A stretch of 64,000 nucleotides of DNA from Candidatus Poriferihabitaceae bacterium (lineage in GTDB: Bacteria; Pseudomonadota; Gammaproteobacteria; Arenicellales; Poriferihabitantaceae), in the NCBI GenBank assembly GCA_965243285.1, contig OZ251537.1, positions 1,161,019-1,225,018 of the forward strand. Direction: 5' to 3'. Both the position numbers and the translations under genes were made by a program. The notes below the pieces were generated by a model. The model worked only from the letters and a program-made list of their open reading frames with translations, searched no databases and was not told the origin of the DNA. This document shows positions 1 to 9,200 of this stretch, in pieces. Positions within the stretch are counted from its first letter, which is position 1. The number at the start of each line of letters is the position of its first letter.

Positions 1-1
1 T

Positions 2-682
2 ACGCGCGATACCAAACGCGACCCGTTGCCAGGCAAAAATGATCTGGATGATGTTATCGAAACCCGCCATGCGGAAGTGGGTGGGCATGATGCCACCCAT
101 AAAAATGGCTATACATTCAAGGCAGCGCCTAAAAAATCGATTGCCAGCCCATTTAAATTCACGCGGTTGCGAGAGCTAGTGAGGGTGCGCAATGAAACGA
201 TAAAAATCACCGCCGATATGATGTGTCGCGACCCCGGCATGAGCGGGAAAAATCATCAAATATCACTCAAAGAAGAGCGCTTTGGTTATAATGTAAAAGT
301 TAAAAATCGTAAATTAATTCACCCAGGTGATTTGGTTTTTTCTCGCTTGCACACGCAAAATGGATTGTTTGCTTATAGCGCCGACATTTTTCATGGCACT
401 AGCACGCATTTGGTTTGTAACATTGATGAGACGAAAGTTGATCGCCATTTTTTATTCCATACCCTGGATGGGCTGGTGCCGCATTTGTCAAAAGAAGACA
501 CTACCGGCCGAGAAAATTACAGTGAAGAGGATATTTTGGAATTAAAAATCCCCCTGCCGGCGTTGTCTGAACAACGAAAAATCGTCGCGAATTTAAAGGC
601 GGCGTGTTGCCAATATGTTGCTGCGCAATCGAGAATGGAAAACGCCAAAGCACATTTTTCGCAGTCGATATTAAAACACTGA
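2..682 (+). CDS. 5'-partial ORF ending in an HsdS-like target-recognition domain (restriction-modification specificity module)
   Basis: The frame is open to the window edge. The C-terminal ...ELKIPLPALSEQRKIVANLKAA... plus helical tail matches the conserved TRD/coiled-coil junction of Type I S subunits and Type IIG C-termini. AT-richer than the next gene. Confidence 0.5.
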   Translation, partial: TRDTKRDPLPGKNDLDDVIETRHAEVGGHDATHKNGYTFKAAPKKSIASPFKFTRLRELVRVRNETIKITADMMCRDPGMSGKNHQISLKEERFGYNVKVKNRKLIHPGDLVFSRLHTQNGLFAYSADIFHGTSTHLVCNIDETKVDRHFLFHTLDGLVPHLSKEDTTGRENYSEEDILELKIPLPALSEQRKIVANLKAACCQYVAAQSRMENAKAHFSQSILKH

Positions 683-683
683 C

Positions 684-2822
684 ATGACCATTGACATGAC
701 TGAATCCCCATCCAGCGATACCGTGCAAATCGTGTTCACCCCGTCGGGCAAACGGGGGGCGGTGGCGGTGGGTAAATCGGTGTTGGCGGCGGCGCAGCAG
801 TTGGGGGTGGATTTGGATACGGTGTGCGGCGGGCGGGGGATCTGCGATCGGTGTCAGGTGGACCTAAGCGTCGGCGAGTTTGCGAAATTCAATATTAAAT
901 CCAGGGCGCGGAATTTATCGCCGCCCAGCGCCGCCGAACGGGAGTTTTTTGGGCTCGATAATGCCGCTGGCGACGATGGTGGCGATGCCGCCGATGGCGA
1001 CAATACCGTCGCCATGCCGACGCGGCGCTTGGGTTGCCAAGCCAAATTGTTGGGCGATGCGGTCATCGATATTCCGGCGCAGAGCCAGGCGCATCGACAG
1101 GTGGTGCGCAAGCGCGCCGAAGTGCGCGATATTACGGTCAATGCGGCGGTGCGGCTGTATTATGTGGAAGTGGTGCAGCCGAATATGCACGACCCCAGCG
1201 GCGACTTGCAGCGCTTGTGTGATGCGCTGGAATTTGAGTGGGATTTGAGCGAGTTGGGGTGTGATTTTCATCTGTTGGGCGCGGTGCAGGCGGTGTTGCG
1301 CGCTGGCGAATGGAAGGTGACGGCGGCAGTGCATCATGCCGCCGGCGATGCGCAACAACGCAGCGGCGGGCGCATCATCGCGCTGTGGCCGGGGCTGAAA
1401 AACACGGTATATGGCATGGCGGTGGATGTGGGTTCGACCACCATCGCGGCGCATTTGTGCGATTTAAGCAGCGGCGAAGCGGTGGCCGCCGCCGGGCGGA
1501 TGAACCCGCAAATTCGCTTCGGCGAAGACCTGATGAGCCGCGTCTCCTACGCCATGATGAACCCCGGCGGCGAGGCCGACATGACGCGCGCGGTGCGCGA
1601 CGCGGTGCAAGAATTGATGGCCGAAGTGGCGGCCGCGGCGGCTATCGACATCGCCGATGTACTCGACCTCACGCTGGTGGGCAATCCGGTCATGCACCAC
1701 TTATTGCTGGGCATAAACCCGGTGGAATTGGGCGGCGCGCCGTTCGCCTTAGCCACCGACCAAGCGGTGCGCGGCCTGGCGGCAGACATCGACCTGCACG
1801 CCGCCCCCGGCACGCGCTTTTATCTGCTGCCATGCATCGCCGGGCATGTGGGCGCTGATGCGGCGGCGGTCACGCTCTCCGAAGCGCCCTATGCGCGCCA
1901 GGAGATGACGCTGGTGGTGGATGTGGGCACCAACGCCGAAATCGTGCTGGGTAACGAGCGCACCATGGTGGCTGCCTCCAGTCCCACCGGCCCGGCTTTC
2001 GAGGGCGCGCAAATCAGCGGCGGGCAGCGCGCCGCCCCCGGCGCCATCGAGCGCGTGCGTATCGACCGCGACACATTGGAGCCCAAATTCCGCGTTATCG
2101 GCTGCGAATTATGGTCGGATGAGGCTGGCTTCGCGCAATCCTCGGCCGCGGTGGGTGTCACCGGCATCTGCGGCTCGGGCATCATCGAGGTTATCGCCGA
2201 GTTATACCTCGCCGGGGTGATTAAAGCGGATGGCGTTATCGATGGCGCGCAAGCGAAGCGCAGCGCCCGCGTGCAGCCGGACGCCAAAACCTGGCGCTAT
2301 TTATTGCATGACGGCGGCGGCGATGGTCATGACGGCGGTGGCGTACGCATCGAAATCACGCAAGCCGATGTGCGCGCCATCCAATTAGCCAAAGCGGCGC
2401 TGTATGCCGGCGCCCGCCTGCTGATGGATAAACTCGGCATCGAGGAGGTGGACAGAATCCGCCTCGCCGGCGCCTTCGGCGCCCACATCGATGTGAAATA
2501 CGCCATGGTTTTAGGGATGATTCCGGACTGCCCGCTGGCCCATGTAACCGCCGCTGGCAACGCCGCCGGCGCCGGCGCCATCATCGCCCTGTTGGATCAA
2601 ACCGCCCGCCTGGAAATCGAGGATGTGGTCAAACGCGTACAAAAAATCGAAACCGCCGTCGAGCCAAAATTCCAAGACCACTTTGTAGCGGCCTTAGCCA
2701 TCCCCCACAAAACCGCGCCCTACGACCATCTAAAAAAGGAAGTGACGCTGCCGATGGCGGATGAATCTAACGCGGCGGCCGGTGGCCGCCGCCGCCGAAA
2801 AAGTCGGCGGGAACAAAATTAG
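684..2822 (+). CDS. 2Fe-2S ferredoxin domain fused to an ASKHA/DUF4445 ATPase (corrinoid reductive activase, RACo/RamA-like)
   Basis: N-terminal plant-type ferredoxin pattern (VCGGRGICDRCQV). Sugar-kinase/actin-like phosphate motifs (GMAVDVGSTTIAAHL, VVDVGTNAEIVLG, GICGSGIIE). Neighbour of an MttB-family gene. Confidence 0.75.
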   Translation: MTIDMTESPSSDTVQIVFTPSGKRGAVAVGKSVLAAAQQLGVDLDTVCGGRGICDRCQVDLSVGEFAKFNIKSRARNLSPPSAAEREFFGLDNAAGDDGGDAADGDNTVAMPTRRLGCQAKLLGDAVIDIPAQSQAHRQVVRKRAEVRDITVNAAVRLYYVEVVQPNMHDPSGDLQRLCDALEFEWDLSELGCDFHLLGAVQAVLRAGEWKVTAAVHHAAGDAQQRSGGRIIALWPGLKNTVYGMAVDVGSTTIAAHLCDLSSGEAVAAAGRMNPQIRFGEDLMSRVSYAMMNPGGEADMTRAVRDAVQELMAEVAAAAAIDIADVLDLTLVGNPVMHHLLLGINPVELGGAPFALATDQAVRGLAADIDLHAAPGTRFYLLPCIAGHVGADAAAVTLSEAPYARQEMTLVVDVGTNAEIVLGNERTMVAASSPTGPAFEGAQISGGQRAAPGAIERVRIDRDTLEPKFRVIGCELWSDEAGFAQSSAAVGVTGICGSGIIEVIAELYLAGVIKADGVIDGAQAKRSARVQPDAKTWRYLLHDGGGDGHDGGGVRIEITQADVRAIQLAKAALYAGARLLMDKLGIEEVDRIRLAGAFGAHIDVKYAMVLGMIPDCPLAHVTAAGNAAGAGAIIALLDQTARLEIEDVVKRVQKIETAVEPKFQDHFVAALAIPHKTAPYDHLKKEVTLPMADESNAAAGGRRRRKSRREQN

Positions 2823-2846
2823 CGGGCAGGGTTATCGCGGACAAGT

Positions 2847-3389
2847 TTATCGAGCAAGTTTATCAAAGACCGGATTCATGGAGCGAAAATTTGTGCAGTG
2901 CGATTGTAATTCTCGCGATGCGTGGTCCCAAAATACGACATCTATTTTGAAGCCGTACTCAATCAAACTGTCCACAGCAGGCAGATAGTCGCTATCGCCA
3001 GCGACCAGTATGAAAGAGTCTTTTTCCTGGTCGGCTTCCTTGAACGCGTGCATAAGAATCGCCGCTACGATGCCGGTGTCTATGCCCTTTTCTTTATTGG
3101 AAAAGTTGCGGTCTTTGATGACCGGTTCGAAGCCGGCATTTTTAGCAATCGTCCACAAGGTATCGTTAGGCGGCGGACGCGAGCCAAACAACATGGCGCG
3201 CGTGACCGTCGTATCGCCGTTTGTGACCAAAAAATTATATAATTTGCCGAAATCCAGGCGATATTCGTGGGCGAAAATTTGTCGGCGCGTCGCATCGTCA
3301 ATGTTCAACGCAATGCCGCTTTCCACCGCCGCCACGCGTTGCCCCTCGATGAATACATTCGAGTTATCTACATAAATGAATTTAGCCAT
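2847..3389 (-). CDS. NYN-domain (LabA/limkain-like) predicted RNase
   Basis: MAKFIYVDNSNVFIEG... and ...FILVAGDSDYLPAV... match the NYN acidic-residue pattern. I chose the ATG at 3389 over the longer ORF-track start at 3485. AT-rich. Confidence 0.7.
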   Translation of the reverse strand: MAKFIYVDNSNVFIEGQRVAAVESGIALNIDDATRRQIFAHEYRLDFGKLYNFLVTNGDTTVTRAMLFGSRPPPNDTLWTIAKNAGFEPVIKDRNFSNKEKGIDTGIVAAILMHAFKEADQEKDSFILVAGDSDYLPAVDSLIEYGFKIDVVFWDHASRELQSHCTNFRSMNPVFDKLAR

Positions 3390-3465
3390 GGTCGTATTTT
3401 GGGTCGTACGCTGTGTTGGATGATGTCGGGGCGGCGGGCATGTTAGCAAAAAAATCGCACAACAT

Positions 3466-5010
3466 TCAATAAGCCGAATCCGCAAATGATGCTTTGCGCT
3501 TTGCCATAAATTCGAGCAATGATTCGTCGATGCCCGGGTCTAGCGGCGGCGGGGTGTATTCGGCCAACATTTTTTTCCATATTTTGTGGGCGCGTTGGGC
3601 GGCGTCTTGAGCGCCGTCGGCTTGCCATTGTTCGAAGCTGTTGTTGTCGGCGATGGCGGAGCGGTAGAAGGCGGTTTTGAAATTGTCTTGGGTGTGCTCG
3701 CAACCGAGGAAGTGGGCCCCGGGGCCGACTTCGCGGATAGCGCTTAATGCTTGGCCGTTTTCCGATAGGTCGAAGCCGGCGCTGAACACTTGCATCATGC
3801 CGAGTTGGTCGGCGTCCATGATGAGTTTTTCATAGGAGGAGACGAGGCCGCCTTCCAGCCAGCCGGCGGCGTGCAGCACAAAATTCACCCCGGCGGTGAC
3901 CGTGGGCAGCAAAGTGTTGGCGCTTTCGTACGCCGCTTGCGCGTCGGCGGCTTTGGAGCCGCATAACGAGCCGCCGCTGCGAAAGGGCACGCCGAGGCGT
4001 CGCGCCAAGGAGGCGGCGCCGTTTAGCACCAGCGCCGGCTCCGGCGTGCCGAAGGTGGGAGCGCCGGATTGCATGGAGATGGAGCTGGCGAAGGTGCCGA
4101 AAATCACCGGCGAACCGGGCCGCACCAACTGCGTGAAGGCCATGCCGGCCATGGCCTCGGCGAGGATTTGCGCCAGCGTGCCGGCGGTGGTGACCGGCGA
4201 CATGGCGCCGGCTAAAATAAACGGCGAGATGATGCTGGCTTGATTATGGCGGGCGTATACCTCCGATGCGCCGAGCATGGTTTCGTCGAAGGTCATGGGC
4301 GAATTGGCGTTGATTAAATTCACCAGCACGGTGTTTTCATCGACAAATTGATCGCCGAACAGCAGCTTGCACATGGCCACCGTATCTTCGGCGCGTTCGG
4401 GGTGGGTTACCGAGCCCATGAACGGTTTGTCGCTATATTTAATGTGGCTATACACCATGTCGAAATGGCGCTTGTTGACCGGCAAATCGGTGGGCTCGCA
4501 CACCGTGCCGCCGGAATGATGCAACGCCGGCAACAAATAGGCGAGTTTGACGATATTGCGAAAATCTTCGATGACGGCGTAGCGCCGCCCGCCCTCTAAA
4601 TCACGCACAAAGGGCGGGCCATAAACCGGCGCGAACACCGTGTGCTTGCCGCCTATCATCACGTTGCGCGCCGGGTTGCGGGCCTTTTGCTCGAACATTT
4701 TAGGCGCCGAATGTTGGATGATTTTGCGGCACATGCCGGTGGGGAAACGCACCCGCTCGCCGGTTATGTCGGCCCCGGCCTGGCGGAAGAGTTTGAGCGC
4801 CAGCGGATAGTGAAACTCGATGCCGATTTCCGACAAGATGGTGTCGGCATTTTTTTCGATGAGTGCCAGCCCCTCCTCGCCCAACAATTCATACTCGGGA
4901 ATGGCGCGGGTGATGTAGGCCGGCGCGGCGGCGGTGTCGTCGCCAGCCGCTTGGCGGGCGCGTCGGCCGCCGCGTTTGCGGCCGGCGGTGGGTTCGGTGG
5001 GTGTGGCCAT
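3466..5010 (-). CDS. MttB-superfamily (trimethylamine/glycine-betaine type) corrinoid methyltransferase, non-pyrrolysine
   Basis: Full-length resemblance to the MttB family (IEFHYP..ALKLFRQAGA.., DLPVNKRHFDMVYSHIKYSDKPFMGS). Uninterrupted frame with no in-frame amber codon. Start moved to MATPTEP (ATG at 5010). Confidence 0.85.
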   Translation of the reverse strand: MATPTEPTAGRKRGGRRARQAAGDDTAAAPAYITRAIPEYELLGEEGLALIEKNADTILSEIGIEFHYPLALKLFRQAGADITGERVRFPTGMCRKIIQHSAPKMFEQKARNPARNVMIGGKHTVFAPVYGPPFVRDLEGGRRYAVIEDFRNIVKLAYLLPALHHSGGTVCEPTDLPVNKRHFDMVYSHIKYSDKPFMGSVTHPERAEDTVAMCKLLFGDQFVDENTVLVNLINANSPMTFDETMLGASEVYARHNQASIISPFILAGAMSPVTTAGTLAQILAEAMAGMAFTQLVRPGSPVIFGTFASSISMQSGAPTFGTPEPALVLNGAASLARRLGVPFRSGGSLCGSKAADAQAAYESANTLLPTVTAGVNFVLHAAGWLEGGLVSSYEKLIMDADQLGMMQVFSAGFDLSENGQALSAIREVGPGAHFLGCEHTQDNFKTAFYRSAIADNNSFEQWQADGAQDAAQRAHKIWKKMLAEYTPPPLDPGIDESLLEFMAKRKASFADSAY

Positions 5011-5769
5011 GGCAGTTAATATGATGGGTGAAAACGAGGGCAATAATATAGCGAATAGCGAGCGGCTGTGGGTGGGGCGGGCGGATTTACGCGGGCGGGA
5101 TGGACGCGTCTCGGGCGATGGGCAGCGATAGCCTAAGGCCATGGGCGATGTGAAATGTCGCCTGCTGGCGCCGCGAATGTTGTTATGCGTTGTACCGCAC
5201 TGAGCGGCGACGACAATAAAAACACCAGTTGCGCCAGTGATTTCGGCATGAACGCGAAATCCGGCCACAACCATGACCTTGAGGTAATCCCATGAATATC
5301 CACGGCATTAGTTTTGGAGGAAAACAATCCGCAAGTGGTCGAGCGTATCGGCGCGTGCTATCCGGAGTTTTATACCCTCAATGACAAGTGTTTTTTTAGT
5401 CAGCAGCACGAATATTTCGTCTAAAGCGGCCAGCAGAGTGTGCCTCACTAACGATAAGAAATCAGGCGAGGTGGCCGGCGGGGTGTTTAAACTAAACGGC
5501 GGCCATGCAGGGTTTGCGGACCCGGGGTTATGGGAAGGGCTTGGCGATGATGGCAGACATGAGTCCGCGAAATAAAAATGTGTACCACATTCACACCCTG
5601 CAGATAACGCCTGATGATGGCGGCAGCGTACGGGATGAAAAAATTAGCTGCTATTCCCCTACAGGGTTTCGCTACAAACCCGGTCGATTAAGGATTTGTG
5701 TGGGATTTATCTATCTAAATCTGCACGGTGGGTTTGATTTTTCGCTTTGGCTTTTGCTTTTAACGTTTT

Positions 5770-5835
5770 ACTCCCCCCCTTGCTTCATCTGGGGGAGTCA
5801 AATCAGGCGGCTTTATCGCCTGATTTGGTGGGGGG
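5770..5835 (+). repeat. Two-hairpin core module (class I)
   Basis: ACTCCCCCCC-loop-GGGGGAGT, then CAAATCAGGCG-GCTTTAT-CGCCTGATTTG, then GTGGGGGG. Confidence 0.8.
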
Positions 5836-5954
5836 CTGTTGATGTTGGTCTTTTTGCTTTTGCCTTTAAATCTTTAACCCATCAGCCCAAATGATGGAAA
5901 AGTAAAAACCAACAGCTAAGTCAAAAGCCAAGTCAAAAGCGAAAAGTCAAAAGT

Positions 5955-6026
5955 CCCCCCACCAAATCAGCCCGAGCCTATCGGCTCGGTCAGATTTGAC
6001 TCCCCCCAGATGAAGCGGGGGGGAGT
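5955..6026 (-). repeat. Two-hairpin core module (class I variant with expanded second hairpin)
   Basis: Reverse complement of the module. The second hairpin keeps CAAATC/GATTTG but carries an inserted CCGAGCC-tatc-GGCTCGG stem. Confidence 0.7.
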
Positions 6027-6189
6027 AAAACAAAAGCCAAAGCCAAAGCCAAAATCAAAAACCAAAAATCAAAATCAAAAGCAAAATCCACCGTGCAGAT
6101 TTAGGACTATAAATCCCAAATCAAAAGCAAAGTCCTCAATCAAACAAGCGAATTTAGGTCTATACATCCCTACCCCATCCAACATCCCC

Positions 6190-6220
6190 AAAAAAAAGGG
6201 CGACTCTTTTGAATCGCCCT
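6190..6220 (-). terminator. Rho-independent terminator downstream of the adhesin gene
   Basis: On the minus strand: GGGCGA-ttcaaaagag-TCGCCC followed by T8 (A8 at 6190-6197 on plus), about 30 nt after the stop at 6252. Confidence 0.7.
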
Positions 6221-6251
6221 TAATGTTTGGGGGGGGGGGTAGCAGAATGCG

Positions 6252-9200
6252 TTAAAACTGCAGTTCGCCTTTTAGTAGGATGGTGTGGGCGGCGGCGGGG
6301 GTTTGGCGGCGTTCGCCTACTAGGTTTAAGGTGGCGTGCGAACCGGCATGCGAGGCTGAGCGCCAGTTTATGCCGAGGCGGTGGGCGGTGGTGCTGCCTA
6401 AGCGCATTTCACCATACGGGGTTAGCATGGCGGCGGTGGTTTTTAGCGCTAGGCCGTAGGCGAGGCGGGCTTCCATGCTGGCACGATAATCAGCACTGGC
6501 GGCGGTGGCCGCTGGCGGTAAATCGCGCTGCCAGAGTTGCGCCATGTCGCTTTGCGCCGGCCCGTAGGAGGGGCTCAACTCCAGCGAAAACCCTTGCCCA
6601 TCGGCACCGGCGGCCATGGCGATGCTGCCGCTCGCGCCCCACTCCGAATATTCGCCGGGCATGATGACGGCGTGGATGCGACCATGCGCGCTGTAACGCC
6701 CACCGCTGAAGCGCAAGCCAGCGCCCACTTGGGCCGCGGTCCCGGTTTCGCCATCGCCGCCGTTATAGCGCAGACCGAATTCCACGCTCGGCTCAATCGC
6801 GCCGCCGCCTAAGGCACGCCGACCGCTGGCTTCGAGGCCAAAACGGGCGCGGGTGGTGGCGGTTTGCATGGCGAGGGCGGCGTTGCCTTCCACTTCCAAC
6901 TCGCTGCGGGAGATTTCGCCGCGCAAGCGCAAGGTGGTGGCGGATTGTTGCCAGATTTCGCCGCTGCCGCCGAGCCCTAAGGCGCGCAGGGCTACATCCG
7001 ATTCGACTGCCGCGCCGCCGCTGGGGGTGATTTCCAAATCGCCCTGGCCGTAGCCGATGGTTGCCCATAAATCCACGCCGCCGACTTGCCAGCCGAGATA
7101 GGGATTTACGCTGGTCATGTCCATGCCATGCGCGCCGGCGGCGGCGGCGCGATAGTCGATGTCGCTTTGTAATTTAGAGACGGCGACGCCGAGCAGCAAA
7201 TCATGACGCACGCGGGTATCGACGCCAAGGTGGAAGCCGTATAACTCGCCGCCCCAATCCACGCCGCCGCTATCGCCGGACATTTCGCGGTATTCGCCGC
7301 TGCCCCATAACACCGTGCCGCCAGAGCCGCCGGCGGCGTAACCGGCGGTGGTACCAGCCACGCCATAGCCCCCATGGCCGCCATTTAGGGCGAGGCTGAA
7401 TGAGGTGCCAGCCAACATGGTTTTGGAGTCGCGTTGGTCGGCCGCCTTTGGCTGGCCATGGGCGGCCAGGGCGGCCGCTAGGCTGGTTTGGCCGCCGAGG
7501 GCGAAGCCGTTGCCGCTGCCATTGGCGCGCTCGATGCGGGTGGTGATGGCGGCGGTGGCGCTGGCGGTCATGGCGATGGCGACTTGCGGCAGCAGCACTT
7601 CATTGACGGCGGCCAGGGCGGCGCTGCCGGAGGTGACGGTGACGACGATATCTTCTTCGATGACGTTGGGGGCGGGAGCGGAATCGGTGACCCGGTAAGT
7701 CAGGGTGACGGCGCCTGGCTCGCTCGGCGTGCCGGATAAAATGCGGCTGGTTTCGTCAAAAGACAGCCCGGGCAACACGTTGTTTTCGGCGTTATCTATC
7801 GGCACATTATCCGGCGCTGGCCCCAGCAGGGCGTAGACCACAGCGCCGATGCCGCCGCTGACTTCCGGCAAGGTCGCATCGACCTCCTCATCCACCAAGA
7901 ATTGGTAGCTGAAAAGTGCATCGTCAGCAAACAATAGGTCGGCGACGAAGGGGAAGGCGTAGGCCACGGTCACCCCGCCGTCGGTGGTCGATGGGGTCGC
8001 CGGCGGGCGGGCGGTGTAGGTGAGCGTGGTGGTCACGGACGCCTCCGGCGTGCCGGACAAAACGCGCGTGGCTGGGTCAAAGGACAATCCGGACACCAGT
8101 TCTTCTACCTCGACGGTCAGAGTGGCATCGTCAGGACCCGCCCCGACCAAGGCGTAAACATAATTGCCATTGGGGTCGGCGCGCACCGCCGGCAGCGTTA
8201 TATCGACGCGGTCGCCGAGGGGGAATACAGCGGCAAAAATCTCGCGAAATCGGGCTGGCGAGACCACCTCGCCATCATCATCCACCAACACTTGGTCGAT
8301 GGTAAGGCTGAAAATCGCCGGCTCGGAGGCGTTGCCGTGATTGTCGGTGGCGTGGTAGGTGAGATCGATAGCGGCGGCGGCGGCGCTCGGCGTGCCGCTT
8401 AAAATACGGGCCTCGACGGCAGCGTTGAACGACAGCCCAGGCACGGCCGTCGACAAGGGTTGACCGTTGGTCCCGGTTAGTGAGTACACCACCGAATCGG
8501 TGCTGCTCATCGCCATCGGCAGGGTGAGGCGGGCGATAGCATCGCCTACCGAGTAAGTTTGGTCAGCCAACGGCAAGGCGGCGGCGGCGAAAATCGGGCC
8601 GGTGACGATGGCGGTGAATTCCACCTCGGTGAAATTGGCTGATGGACTCTCGGAATCGGTGGCGCGATAGATGAGCGGGATTTGGGCGATGACGCTGGGC
8701 GTGGCGGTGAGGATGCGGGTGGCGGGATCGAAATCCAGCCAAGCGGGCAAAGCCGGGGCGTTAGGGCTGCCGCCGAGGCCGAACAGGGCATGGAAGCGGG
8801 GCGCGATGCCGCCGCTGGCTTCGGGCAGGGTTTGGGTGCTGGTGGCGCCGGCCGGATAGGTGAATTCGGCGGCTAGGGCCGGCGGCGGGAAGGCCAGCCC
8901 GGGGATCACCGTCACCGCGAAGGTTTGCCGTGCCAAGCCGCCGTCGGCGTCGGTGGCGGTGTATACCAGCGAGGTGGTGGTGTTGTCGGCGACATAGGAC
9001 GGCGTGCCGCTCAAGGTACGCGCCATGGCGCCGCTGGCTATGGGGTTGAAACTCAGCCCGAGCGGCAAGCCGTTATTGGCGGCGGCCGGGTTTTGCCCGG
9101 TTAGGGTGTAGGTGAGGTCCCCGGGCACGGTGCTGTTCGCGGCCGACAAACCTAAGGCGCTGATGGGGCGGCCGGCGGTGTATTGCTGGGGCCCCGGCGT

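Larger units (their letters stand above)
5702..6170. repeat. Nested-palindromic intergenic element, copy A
   Basis: Terminal motif GGGATTTAT..CTAAATCTGCAC at 5702-5726 and inverted at 6093-6117, with a second degenerate copy at 6148-6170. The arms hold T/G-rich versus A/C-rich hexa/heptamer microsatellites and one two-hairpin module each. Confidence 0.85.

Noticed and set aside
5275-5690. Possible small genes upstream of the MttB-family gene (ORFs 5381-5575 and 5133-5327, and a 36-codon ..PEFYTLNDKCF.. frame)
   Set aside because: These are short, lack convincing starts or RBS, and show no recognisable motifs. The region is more likely the promoter/leader or a gene remnant.
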